Positions 19,503 to 29,276 of a stretch of 64,000 bases of DNA are shown here, in pieces. Origin of the DNA: Promethearchaeota archaeon (GTDB lineage: Archaea; Asgardarchaeota; Lokiarchaeia; Sigyniarchaeales; SOKP01); contig JBHLOI010000002.1 in the NCBI GenBank assembly GCA_048940645.1, positions 32,001 to 96,000 of the forward strand, given 5' to 3'. Under the pieces are notes generated by a model. That model made no database searches. It was not told the DNA's origin and was given only the letters and a program-made list of their open reading frames with translations. A program made the translations under genes and the position numbers. The first letter of the stretch is position 1. Each line of letters starts with the position of its first letter.

Positions 19503-20674
19503 TTTTATCAATGAGAACAGTGATTTCTTCGCTCATAACTACTTTTTTTTTCAATACTATTGGAATGGCAATATTTTCTTATATTCCCCCTTATTTACTC
19601 GCATTAGAAAATGAGGGATTTATTGCTCCATTAGTCTCTTCAATATTTCCGTTAACTGCTACTATTTTTCCCTCTCTTTTAGGTAAAAGGTCTGATTTAA
19701 TACAAAATCGATCAATTTTTTTTATTATAGGAACTATTGGCACTTGTTTAACACTTTTTTTACTATTATTTGTCAAGGAACTAATCTGGATAATTACTTT
19801 GCTATTTTTGTATGGTATCTTTAACGCTTGTTTTGGATTAATATTTATATTGTATCAAGAGGTGGTAGAAAATAATCCAAGATTAATTAGCTATTATAAT
19901 GCGATTATTGTATTAGGATGGTTTGCGGGTTCTTTATTTGGGGGAATATTTATAGATTTTTACGGAATTTTAAATCTTATTTGGTTTTTATTCCTAGTTT
20001 CGGTTATAAGTGTTGTTCTATTACCTCTTATTAAAGAAGATAGAGAGATGATATTAGAACATTACAATATAAGAAGTAATCAAGAAGTGAATGATGGTAT
20101 TGAACAACAAAGAAATAAAAAAATATCAAAATCTATTTATTTTGGATTATTCTTCAGAAATTTTGGAGTTAGACCTGTTATGGCAATATTAGCAATAACG
20201 ATAGGCTTATATTTAACTAGTAAAATTGCAATCGGATTTCTGATTGGCCTCAATCCATTACTTCAATTTTTTCTAATGATATTGATTGGGAATGTTATTA
20301 AGAATAAAAATCAAAAGATCATTATAGTAATCGGATATCTTTTAGGCGCTTTAACTTTATTTGGTTATGCTATTTCAATTGATTTTATTGGATTTCTATT
20401 TTACCAGGGATCAGCTTCTTTTTCATATGCAATGTTTTGGAATGCTACACAGATATATATTGCCCAGAGAACAACTCCAAAAAATAAAGGAAAATATATT
20501 GGATATGCAAATTCAAGTTTCTTTTTGGGAAGCTTTATAGGTGGTCTTATATTTAGCCTTTTATCATTTATTGCTGATTTTTATTTTGCAATGTGGTTTA
20601 TGATAATTTTTCCAGTAATATCCGCGCTAATCATTTTTCTCAAATTAAATAATGAAGAAAAATCAGAATCATGA
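19499..20674 (+). CDS. MFS transporter
   Basis: About 12 TM helices in a 6+6 arrangement, motif A-like GKRSDLIQNR; overlaps glgA by 4 nt. Confidence 0.85.
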   Translation: MILSMRTVISSLITTFFFNTIGMAIFSYIPPYLLALENEGFIAPLVSSIFPLTATIFPSLLGKRSDLIQNRSIFFIIGTIGTCLTLFLLLFVKELIWIITLLFLYGIFNACFGLIFILYQEVVENNPRLISYYNAIIVLGWFAGSLFGGIFIDFYGILNLIWFLFLVSVISVVLLPLIKEDREMILEHYNIRSNQEVNDGIEQQRNKKISKSIYFGLFFRNFGVRPVMAILAITIGLYLTSKIAIGFLIGLNPLLQFFLMILIGNVIKNKNQKIIIVIGYLLGALTLFGYAISIDFIGFLFYQGSASFSYAMFWNATQIYIAQRTTPKNKGKYIGYANSSFFLGSFIGGLIFSLLSFIADFYFAMWFMIIFPVISALIIFLKLNNEEKSES

Positions 20675-22642
20675 ATTCCAAAAAATATGCAAATTTTTAG
20701 TAATTTCTCCTGCTTTATCGGGTATTACTTTAAGTTCACTTCTGATCCAATCAGAAATCCATTTAGATTTATCTTTAAATCGAGTATCCATGAAAATTAT
20801 TGCTCCTTTATCTTTAATTTTTCTAATTGGTCGACCAGATGCTTGATTTGCCCGTTGAACCGCAGGATATAGATAAGCAAAATTCCAACCTTGTTTATTA
20901 AAGACTTTATCATAATATTTAATTTTTGCATTAACTCTTGGAGTGGGTAAATGATAAGGAAATCCAGCAACTACTACCGAATTCATAGAATTCCCAGGAT
21001 AATCTTCCCCTTCTGAATTTCTCCCTCCACATACACCTAATAAAACAGCGCCTCCATTTGAAGACATACTTTTGAAATGTCCAATTAATGCAGCATTTTC
21101 AGAAGCAGATAATCCAGGTTCTTCAATAAATAATTTTTTATTGTTTTTTTGTACTATAGATTCTATACCATTTTCTATAAGTGCATTTAAAATTCGATAG
21201 GATGCACAAAAAATCCCAACATTTGCAGGAGTACATTGTAAAACCTCATTAATTTTCCCAATCATCTTTTTAAACATTCTTGGTATCCTGTTAGCTCTTT
21301 TAGTATCAACTCCTTCAGTGATAATAGCCTTAACGTTTTTATTGCTAAATGGTGAGGCTGCTATTATCCCCTTATAAGTTTTTCCACTCTCTTTAAATCC
21401 AATTAATTTATTAAAAACATAAGGATTAACAGTCCCCGAAAGGTTAAGGCAAGTAAAGCAATCTTTTAAAATAGGTATAGTAATATCTCGAGGATCTAAC
21501 GCAACAATCTCTATTGAAACCGATTTACGTCCTTTTATCTGTTTTATGGAGTAGCAAAAAAAATAATTAGGCAGTAAATAAGTATTAACCCACTTAATCC
21601 AAAATTCTGCTAGAGATCCAATATTATTTCTGGAGAATTCTCCATTAGCTATTCTTTCCTCGTGAATTGAGGTCCCAAAATCAAGGAGATCATTGATAAG
21701 ATTTTCTAGTTGTTTTAAACTTGTTAATCCAAGGCTTTTATTTAGATTTTCAAGAAAAGTTTCAGGTTCGATCTCTTTTTCATCAACATTGAGATTTTTC
21801 GCCTTTTTTTCTAAATGGTTTAAAAGCAAGTTAACAAAATTTTGTAATAAGATTGGAGAGTTATATAACTCTAAATCTCTCAAACATAATCTTAATAAAT
21901 AAGGAGAAATTCGCTCAGAATTAATTTCTGTAGCGACTTGGATTAAATTATGACATTCATCTATAACTAAAATACATTCTTGAAGTTCCTTCCCCACAAA
22001 TTTCAAGAAGTTAAACCTAATATATGGATTAAAGAGCCACTGGTAATTACATATAACTAAATTCATCTCATTTAGGAGAAATTTACTTAGATAATAGGGA
22101 CAAAATGTTTTTTCCCTGCAAAAATATATAAGTTCTTCAGCATCTATAGGTTTATTAAGCATTTCAGGAGCAATTAATTTTGGATCACTATATTGGTCTT
22201 TTTTCTTAATTAAATTATTATAATGAGCACAATTTCGATTTTTCCTTAAATCACTACAAACTGACATTGCCTCTCTTGGATTCAATCTAAGCTGTAATAA
22301 TGTTTTATTTAAGCACATTTCGTTCCGCCCTCTAATAGAAAGTCCATTGATTTTAATATTTAATTTTTTATTTTCTATTAACTTTGAAACTTTGGTCAAT
22401 TCTTTAATTATTCGTGTATTTTGTGCATGTGTTCGACACATGTAAATGATTTTCAAGTTTTTTTCATAGGTTAAAGGTAATAATGCACTCAAGGCCATAA
22501 TTGTTTTTCCAGTACCATTTGGAGCAGAGAGTAAAATAATTTTTCTTTCTTTTGACGCATTTTCAAGTTGCTTTATAATAACTTCCTGATCTTGCCTAAA
22601 TTGTTCATAAGGAAAAAAATTATAATAATTGAAGTTTGTCAC
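20669..22642 (-). CDS. xpd: XPD/Rad3-family Fe-S DNA helicase
   Basis: FPYEQFRQDQ, APNGTGKT, Fe-S cysteines including CPYY, DECHN, SEGEDY, QASGRPIR. Confidence 0.92.
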   Translation of the reverse strand: MTNFNYYNFFPYEQFRQDQEVIIKQLENASKERKIILLSAPNGTGKTIMALSALLPLTYEKNLKIIYMCRTHAQNTRIIKELTKVSKLIENKKLNIKINGLSIRGRNEMCLNKTLLQLRLNPREAMSVCSDLRKNRNCAHYNNLIKKKDQYSDPKLIAPEMLNKPIDAEELIYFCREKTFCPYYLSKFLLNEMNLVICNYQWLFNPYIRFNFLKFVGKELQECILVIDECHNLIQVATEINSERISPYLLRLCLRDLELYNSPILLQNFVNLLLNHLEKKAKNLNVDEKEIEPETFLENLNKSLGLTSLKQLENLINDLLDFGTSIHEERIANGEFSRNNIGSLAEFWIKWVNTYLLPNYFFCYSIKQIKGRKSVSIEIVALDPRDITIPILKDCFTCLNLSGTVNPYVFNKLIGFKESGKTYKGIIAASPFSNKNVKAIITEGVDTKRANRIPRMFKKMIGKINEVLQCTPANVGIFCASYRILNALIENGIESIVQKNNKKLFIEEPGLSASENAALIGHFKSMSSNGGAVLLGVCGGRNSEGEDYPGNSMNSVVVAGFPYHLPTPRVNAKIKYYDKVFNKQGWNFAYLYPAVQRANQASGRPIRKIKDKGAIIFMDTRFKDKSKWISDWIRSELKVIPDKAGEITKNLHIFWNS

Positions 22643-22737
22643 CTTGAAATTGGGTATATTTTAATAATTCTATAATTTATAGTTTATATTAACAAGGAGT
22701 ATAAAAGTTTAATTATTAAGAATATTATAATTAAAAA

Positions 22738-23631
22738 ATGACTAAGGATAATTCTGAAAAACCATATTTACTTCTAAGAGAAATATTCAATGAAATACTC
22801 TTAAGAGATATTATTCTCTTTACAATACTATTTTTATTTATCCTTGCCCAAACTTGGGATACTATCATTCTATTTTTATTTCCAATTATCTCTTTTGCCT
22901 ATTCACTAATTTTTAGAATTATAAGCACAAATAAATGGAGAATGTATTCTGAAAATAGTCCACTAATCTATAATCCTGTAGGTGTTGAAAAACGACATGC
23001 CAACAGGCTTGAGTTTTGTACTTTACTTCAATTAATTCTTTTATTTTGGATAGGTGCTGAATCCTTGTACCATCCCCAATTGATAGATGATTACACTATT
23101 TATTTTAACATTCTCTATTTCTTTATTTACTCTTTCGGATTTTATTGGATAATGATTGATATCTGGAAATATAGTAGATTTGGAATTATATTAAAAAACA
23201 TCGATCTTGAATATGAAAAAAGCAATTCGGGAAAAGAAATCAATAATTTAATTAACTTTTTAAAATTTGAAAAGTTCAAGCGAATCTCTATAGTAAATTT
23301 AATAATCTTTTTAGTAGTAAACATGTTAAATATCTTGTTTGCGTTAGGTATTCATTATAATGCAATATCAGGTATACCTTTTCTATTGCCAGGTACAGGA
23401 ATAGAATCTTCAAAACCGATACAAATTACCCTAGTTTCATTTTTTATAATTGTTATTTCTCCACTACTAACAAGCTATTTTCTAATTCTTATCTATAGAG
23501 ATGTAAACAATTTTTCACTTGACAATTTAAATATCGCAATAGAATATTTGCCTGATAAAGTGAAACAACAAATTTTAAAAAATATTAAAAATTTGAACAA
23601 TCACTTTTCTAAAATACTATCAATAGAGTAA
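22738..23631 (+). CDS. Hypothetical multi-pass membrane protein
   Basis: About 6 hydrophobic segments; no family motif recognised. Confidence 0.6.
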   Translation: MTKDNSEKPYLLLREIFNEILLRDIILFTILFLFILAQTWDTIILFLFPIISFAYSLIFRIISTNKWRMYSENSPLIYNPVGVEKRHANRLEFCTLLQLILLFWIGAESLYHPQLIDDYTIYFNILYFFIYSFGFYWIMIDIWKYSRFGIILKNIDLEYEKSNSGKEINNLINFLKFEKFKRISIVNLIIFLVVNMLNILFALGIHYNAISGIPFLLPGTGIESSKPIQITLVSFFIIVISPLLTSYFLILIYRDVNNFSLDNLNIAIEYLPDKVKQQILKNIKNLNNHFSKILSIE

Positions 23632-23715
23632 ATATTTATTAAAGTCAAAAAGTAACAAATTATAAATTTCTGCTATTTATATTATTTTAAAAAAACTTCA
23701 TTTTTAACTTGAATT

Positions 23716-24255
23716 ATGACTCAAATAGCCGATCAAAGCCGAAAATACCTCTTTAAAGTAGTAATAGTCGGTGATGGGGGAATTGGAAAGAGCACTATGA
23801 TACAGAGACTAATAACAGGGCAATATATTCCAATGAAAGTGACGATTGGTACAGATTTAAGTACTTTTTCTTCCAAATTGGAGGAAAGCGAAGTTAAATT
23901 GCAAATATGGGATTTTGCTGGTGAAAAGCGTTTCAGGTTTTTTCTACCGAATTACTCACGTGGAGCAAAAGGATGTTTGTTATGTTACGATATTACCAGG
24001 TATACCAGCTTCCAAAATTTATCTGATTGGTACGAGATTATAAAAATGAATGCGGGTAATCCAATTTTTATACTAGTAGGATGTAAACATGATTTAGCGG
24101 ATTTAAAAAGGTCAGTTTCTACAGAACAAGCACAAAAGTTTCAAGAAGAGTATAATATTCCATATTTCTTTGAAACATCTTCAAAAACAGGATATCATAA
24201 TGGATTAATTTTTGAGAAATTAAGTAAAGCAATACTTGAATTTCATAGTAATTAA
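23716..24255 (+). CDS. Rab/Ras-like small GTPase
   Basis: G1 GDGGIGKS, G2 TIG, G3 WDFAGE, G4 CKHD, G5 ETSSK; no C-terminal Cys. Confidence 0.92.
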   Translation: MTQIADQSRKYLFKVVIVGDGGIGKSTMIQRLITGQYIPMKVTIGTDLSTFSSKLEESEVKLQIWDFAGEKRFRFFLPNYSRGAKGCLLCYDITRYTSFQNLSDWYEIIKMNAGNPIFILVGCKHDLADLKRSVSTEQAQKFQEEYNIPYFFETSSKTGYHNGLIFEKLSKAILEFHSN

Positions 24256-24313
24256 AGCTTCTTTTGAAAAGTAAAAAAAAAAATGAGAATCACTATGGGA
24301 GAATTCTATAAGT

Positions 24314-25255
24314 TTATTCTAGCAAATCTTTAAATTCATCAATATTTAATTCCAAATATTTTGCTGTAATTAAGTCTCTGCCCATAAGAGTTCTAAAGTT
24401 TTTTTTGCGTTTATTGTTAAGAAATTTTTTCATTTCGCTTAAGTCTGGTTGTTTATTTGTTATTTCTAGATATTTCTTTTTTATTGCATGCTCAACGATC
24501 TTTTGCCCTACGTCTGTTCTTATTATTAAAAATGCTTCACCTGAACCTTTAGGAGCCCCCCACGGGCTATATGAAATATCAGAAAATTCACCAGAAAAAT
24601 CAGTACAATATTTACAACCTGTCATACCCCCAGAAGAGCAAGCATAAGCAATTTTCAATGATGTACGTTCTGCCCCAGTGTTAAAATCTGATACCAATAT
24701 CTTTCCTAGACCTTGAAGATGACACGGATTAGCTATTATGCCGATATCTCTTTTTTTATCTAAATAGGCCTTTCCTATACCTGTTATAAGGGGACCTGCG
24801 TTATCCATCGTGGCTTTGGGTATATATTGTTTAGCATCCTTAGCATTATCAACAACAACTGGGAATGCGACAGGTGGTTTTTTACTTTTTAGTTCACTGA
24901 GTACAAAATGTTTTACAACACCAGATTCAAAAGCAGCTAAAACTAAATTATATAAAATATCATCGTTATTTTTCGATTTTACTTGGATAATATCTTTATA
25001 GACTCCTACTGCTAAATCAACTCTGGTTTGACCGAATAATTTTTCTTCGATTTCTGATACAGGCAAAAAACTTCTTGGGCAAGCATTATAGCATAGTCCT
25101 ACAGTTTCAGCACATTCATCAACTACAAATGCTTCTCCAGTTTCGCTATTGAAGTCCATATGGGGACAAAAAGCGTTACAACTTCCACAATGGATACAAA
25201 GACCTGCATAAATTACTTCATTTTCAAGATCTTGACTAGATTTTTCAATTTTCAT
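24314..25255 (-). CDS. frhB: Coenzyme F420 hydrogenase/dehydrogenase beta subunit family (FrhB/FdhB-like) with N-terminal ferredoxin
   Basis: CIHCGSCNAFCP, CYNACPR, NPCH, GCKYCTDF..EFSDIS, IIRTDVG. Confidence 0.8.
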   Translation of the reverse strand: MKIEKSSQDLENEVIYAGLCIHCGSCNAFCPHMDFNSETGEAFVVDECAETVGLCYNACPRSFLPVSEIEEKLFGQTRVDLAVGVYKDIIQVKSKNNDDILYNLVLAAFESGVVKHFVLSELKSKKPPVAFPVVVDNAKDAKQYIPKATMDNAGPLITGIGKAYLDKKRDIGIIANPCHLQGLGKILVSDFNTGAERTSLKIAYACSSGGMTGCKYCTDFSGEFSDISYSPWGAPKGSGEAFLIIRTDVGQKIVEHAIKKKYLEITNKQPDLSEMKKFLNNKRKKNFRTLMGRDLITAKYLELNIDEFKDLLE

Positions 25256-25491
25256 AACATAAATTCACAAAAATGCATTTTTTATAGCTTATTTTCTTAA
25301 AATTTTTGATTGCAAATAAATTTAGTGCGAAATTAAATGAAATTTCACACTCTTCAAGTTTTAATCCATAATAAAGAAAACTTAAAGAATGATTGCGAAA
25401 ACTTGTAGAAATATGAATTAAAGAAGATTTTAAGAAATCCACTTAACTTTCCTTTAGGTGAACTATAAATACTTCTTCCAGATAAACGTAT

Positions 25492-25806
25492 TTAAGGAAT
25501 TGTATATAAAATTCTGCTTGATTTGGTGAGTTTTTTGAGGAGTATAGAATTTTTTTCTATATTTTCTGCCCTTAATAGTATAGCAGTAGGACTAAATAAG
25601 TAAAGACGTAGCATAACATCATATTCCGCAATAATAACATAATGAATTAGTTCGTGCTGTTTAACGATTAAAGAAGGCATAAATCCTCGTTTAAAGACGG
25701 TTTTATCCCTAACTCTCAGGATTGTCACCTTTAATGGTTTTTTTTCCTTATATTCACGCCTTCCAAATTGAATTAATTGTTTAGGTAATTTTCTTAAATC
25801 AATCAT
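25492..25806 (-). CDS. Hypothetical basic protein
   Basis: 104-aa ORF preceded by AGAGG; no motif recognised. Confidence 0.6.
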   Translation of the reverse strand: MIDLRKLPKQLIQFGRREYKEKKPLKVTILRVRDKTVFKRGFMPSLIVKQHELIHYVIIAEYDVMLRLYLFSPTAILLRAENIEKNSILLKKLTKSSRILYTIP

Positions 25807-25973
25807 CCTCTAATGAAATAATTAACTTATCCTTTCAAACTTTTACTTTTTCTATTATTCTTTAAATTTTCTTTTTTAACTATCGAAACAATAAAAAATG
25901 GACTCCTTATACTTTTTTAAGGTGGAAAAATTTTTGATATTTGGTATAGCCTAGAAAAAGCTGATGATAATAA

Positions 25974-26555
25974 ATGTCAGATATTAATTTAACAAGAAAT
26001 TTCCAAAAATTTGGGAAAAATGTTCATACTATTGCCATTCTCATGATACTTTCTTTTCCATTTCCTTTCCTTATTATAGGAATTTTAGTTTTAATGAGTA
26101 ATTTATTGAAGAATATAAAAAATATAAATATAATATTAAATAACAAAAATTTATTGGAGTTTTATACCAAATATAAATATTCTGCGGTTTTAAGGGTTAT
26201 AGGGCTTTTATTTACTGCTGGAAGTATAACGGCATTTACATTTGCCTTAAGAAACCCTCTTTTTTTCAATCCATGGTATATTTTAATAATCCTGATTTGT
26301 AGTATTATGATTTTATTTGCAGGCTCGGTGAGTGAGGCAAAAGGGTGGGAGGAATTAAAACAATTTATTGAGGAGAATGCTAATCTATTTCCGAGTGAAG
26401 TTTTAGATGATTCTATCGATGGTTGCAGTAAATTGAGAAAGGGATCTTTAATCTATCATCTATGGTTCTTAGTAATTCCAATTCTGATTGGTTATGGTTT
26501 TCAAGTTAAAGGGTTTTTTAAATTATCAAAACTTAAAGATTTAGCGATGTTTTAG
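25974..26555 (+). CDS. Hypothetical membrane protein (DUF973/DUF996-like)
   Basis: About 4 TM segments in a repeated helix-TM pattern. Confidence 0.5.
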   Translation: MSDINLTRNFQKFGKNVHTIAILMILSFPFPFLIIGILVLMSNLLKNIKNINIILNNKNLLEFYTKYKYSAVLRVIGLLFTAGSITAFTFALRNPLFFNPWYILIILICSIMILFAGSVSEAKGWEELKQFIEENANLFPSEVLDDSIDGCSKLRKGSLIYHLWFLVIPILIGYGFQVKGFFKLSKLKDLAMF

Positions 26556-26741
26556 TTGTATTAATCATAAACTCATACTAATCATAAAGAATTTTTATCT
26601 ATGTGATTTAAAAAAACTTTAAAACTTAAGATGGGAGGTAACACTGTAATATTATCTTAATTTAAATAATTATAATCTCATTTTAATATCCAGCGATCAT
26701 CTTTTCAAAAAAGTTAAAAATTAAAGATTGGAGGATAAGCG

Positions 26742-27182
26742 TTGGAATATTTAAGAGAATTCTTAGTTTTGAAAGAAGGGGGCAAAGTCTTATACTGTAA
26801 TTCCTCCGAGTTAATAAAAGATGAGATATTATTTGGTGGATTTCTTGAGGCAATCAATTCTTTCTATAATATCTCTCTTAAAGATGATTTACGGCAAATT
26901 GAAGGAAATGTTCTAAGAATTTCTTTTTTAACAAAGTTAGGGTGTCAATTTATTGGTATTTCTTCAATGAATGATAGTTGTAATGATGCATTAGAAGAAT
27001 TACAATTTTTTACTAATAGATTTGTTGAACTGTTTCCAGAAATCTTAAACAAAGATAATGAAAATGATGTTCGCGTTTTTCAGAGGTTTAATTCAGAGAT
27101 AATTAAAACCAAGAAAGATTATTTGGGAAAAGGTTTCGAAAGCAATTATCTCTCATATTTATTAGAATCAGAAGACTGGTGA
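26742..27182 (+). CDS. Longin-like domain protein, paralog 1
   Basis: FLVLKEGGKVLY...LFGGFLEAINSF...LRQIE...ISF...FIGIS pattern; GGAGG upstream. Confidence 0.7.
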   Translation: MEYLREFLVLKEGGKVLYCNSSELIKDEILFGGFLEAINSFYNISLKDDLRQIEGNVLRISFLTKLGCQFIGISSMNDSCNDALEELQFFTNRFVELFPEILNKDNENDVRVFQRFNSEIIKTKKDYLGKGFESNYLSYLLESEDW

Positions 27183-27192
27183 AAAAAAAATC

Positions 27193-27612
27193 ATGGTTGA
27201 ATACTTAAAAGATTTTTTTGTGTTAAAAGAAGGAGGTAAATGCATTTTTTCTAAAAATTCAGATTTAATCAAGGATGAGTCGTTGTTTACGGGTTTCCTT
27301 GAGGCAATTAATGGTTTTTATACTTTAGCCTTTAACGATGAATTAGACCAAATTGAAGGCAAAAATCTACGAATTACATTTATAAATAAAGAAGACTGCC
27401 AATTTGTTGGCATTTCTCCTATGACTGTTAAAAATGAAGAAGCGAGAGATGAGCTTGAATATTTTGCAGATATTTTTATTTCACGTTTTGGGGATGCATT
27501 AGAGAATGGAGAAAATGTCAGGATTTTTCACAGTTTTAGTTCAGAAATTATAAAAACCAAAAGTCAGTACCTTACAGAATTGCTAGAGAAATATTATCTT
27601 GTTAAAAATTAA
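27193..27612 (+). CDS. Longin-like domain protein, paralog 2
   Basis: FFVLKEGGKCIF...LFTGFLEAINGF; tandem duplicate of the preceding ORF. Confidence 0.7.
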   Translation: MVEYLKDFFVLKEGGKCIFSKNSDLIKDESLFTGFLEAINGFYTLAFNDELDQIEGKNLRITFINKEDCQFVGISPMTVKNEEARDELEYFADIFISRFGDALENGENVRIFHSFSSEIIKTKSQYLTELLEKYYLVKN

Positions 27613-27622
27613 TTTAATAATT

Positions 27623-27916
27623 TCAACACTCTTCTTCTTCCTCTTCTTTAAGAAAACGGGAACATGTATCGTCTAATTTCTTTATGATATGATCTCTGTC
27701 CTTCCAAATTAACCACGTTCCACCACTTTTCTCAAAATGGAATCCTTCATAATTACCAACCATGCCTTTTAGTGTCTTTTTGATAAAACTCCAAGAAAAA
27801 TTCGTCCTTTCAACCACTTCAGAAATCGCAATAGGGTGATTAATTTCTAAATCGTTATTAAAAAATTCTATTACTCTATTTAAGCCAGTTTTAGGTGCTG
27901 ATTCTTTTTCTGACAT
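27623..27916 (-). CDS. Small winged-HTH-like protein
   Basis: IAISEVVERTNFSWSFIKKTL is HTH-like and is followed by a beta-hairpin (FHFEKSGGTWLIW). Confidence 0.5.
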   Translation of the reverse strand: MSEKESAPKTGLNRVIEFFNNDLEINHPIAISEVVERTNFSWSFIKKTLKGMVGNYEGFHFEKSGGTWLIWKDRDHIIKKLDDTCSRFLKEEEEEEC

Positions 27917-27995
27917 GCTTACCAGGCATCTTAATCTATTATTTATTACAAATTATAGTTTTTATATCAATATTAACATTAGAAAAATTTGAAGA

Positions 27996-29201
27996 TTATT
28001 TTCTCATCTTAATAAATTCTCCAGATTTCATTAACTCACATGGTTTTAAATATGTTAATCCTGTTTTTTCTGAGAGTTCTTCAAGCATTTTGGTCCACTT
28101 TACATAATTTTTTTTCCCAGGTCCAAAGGGTCCTGGCATGTCCATTCCTGCGAGCATAGTATCGTCAATGGTTTTATAATTGGAAACAATACCTTCTTCT
28201 AGAAGTCTACAACCTTCATTCAATTGAATAGCGTAATAATATTCTGGGCTGGATAATTCTGCTTTTTCTGTAGTTTTAATTTTTGGTTTTCCTTCACTCC
28301 AATCATAGATACCTTTTCCCGTTTTTTTTCCTAAGTGACCTTCTTTGAGTAATTTAGTAAGAGTTTTTCCCGGTACAAATTCAGGTGAAAGTTCCTCGGT
28401 AAAATAGTTCATAGTATTACATATTACGTCGAGACCAAAGTAATCCCATTTAGCAAATATACCGAGTTCTGGTGGAGTTACAAAATCATTATCAACTTTT
28501 TCATAGGGGATTCCTTTTTCAGTTGCTAAATCTAATAACCAATTTAATAAAAGGTTTGATGCAATGGTTAGGCGATTTACAATAAACCCTGGGCTCTCCT
28601 TTTCAATTTTGGCGATAAATCTTTTACCTTTTAGAGCTGGTAACTTACTCCCTAGTTCTACTGCCGTTTCAAAGGTTGCGTGAGAGGTTTTTTCACCTTT
28701 AATAATTTCTATTAATCTAAGAACTGGGACAGGAGTAAAAAAATGCATGCCTATAACTTTATCAGGTCGATTAGAAGCCTCTGCTATTTTTGTGATACTC
28801 ATGGTAGACGTATTAGTTGCTAAAATCGCATGTTTGGGTGCTAATCTTCCTAAATTTTGAAATAATTCTTGTTTTAACCCCATCACTTCGGGGATTGCTT
28901 CAACAATGAAATCAGCATCTTGAATAGATTTTTTTAAGTTTTTTTCTTTAATTAGAGTACCCATTAATGAATCGATTGATGATCCCTGACTTAATAGCCC
29001 CTTGGACTTTATTTTATTTAATCCATTTCGAATAAAATTTACAGCCTTTTCCAAGGCATTTTTATTAATGTCATTTAATATGACTTTCTCGAATAATCCT
29101 GACATTAGAGCAACTTGAGCAATTTCTCGCCCCATGGTGCCTGCTCCGATAACTGTGAAAACCCTGATATTATCAATGATTACCAATCTGAAATTCACCA
29201 T
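27996..29201 (-). CDS. 3-hydroxyacyl-CoA dehydrogenase
   Basis: GAGTMG, EAIPE, ATNTST, GMHFF, PGFIVNR, GKKTGKG. Confidence 0.92.
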   Translation of the reverse strand: MVNFRLVIIDNIRVFTVIGAGTMGREIAQVALMSGLFEKVILNDINKNALEKAVNFIRNGLNKIKSKGLLSQGSSIDSLMGTLIKEKNLKKSIQDADFIVEAIPEVMGLKQELFQNLGRLAPKHAILATNTSTMSITKIAEASNRPDKVIGMHFFTPVPVLRLIEIIKGEKTSHATFETAVELGSKLPALKGKRFIAKIEKESPGFIVNRLTIASNLLLNWLLDLATEKGIPYEKVDNDFVTPPELGIFAKWDYFGLDVICNTMNYFTEELSPEFVPGKTLTKLLKEGHLGKKTGKGIYDWSEGKPKIKTTEKAELSSPEYYYAIQLNEGCRLLEEGIVSNYKTIDDTMLAGMDMPGPFGPGKKNYVKWTKMLEELSEKTGLTYLKPCELMKSGEFIKMRK

Positions 29202-29276
29202 AAATTAAGAAATTGATAAAAAGTAGGCATAAGTAATATAAAAATTTTTTTTATGAAAAAAAGAGTATTTATAAAA

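Noticed and set aside
25256-25491. Recurring short motifs (gattgcaaa, gtgcgaaa, gattgcgaaa) upstream of frhB, and the 65-aa ORF 25245-25442
   Set aside because: Too short and irregularly spaced to call as operators or CRISPR repeats; the ORF looks like translated intergenic DNA.
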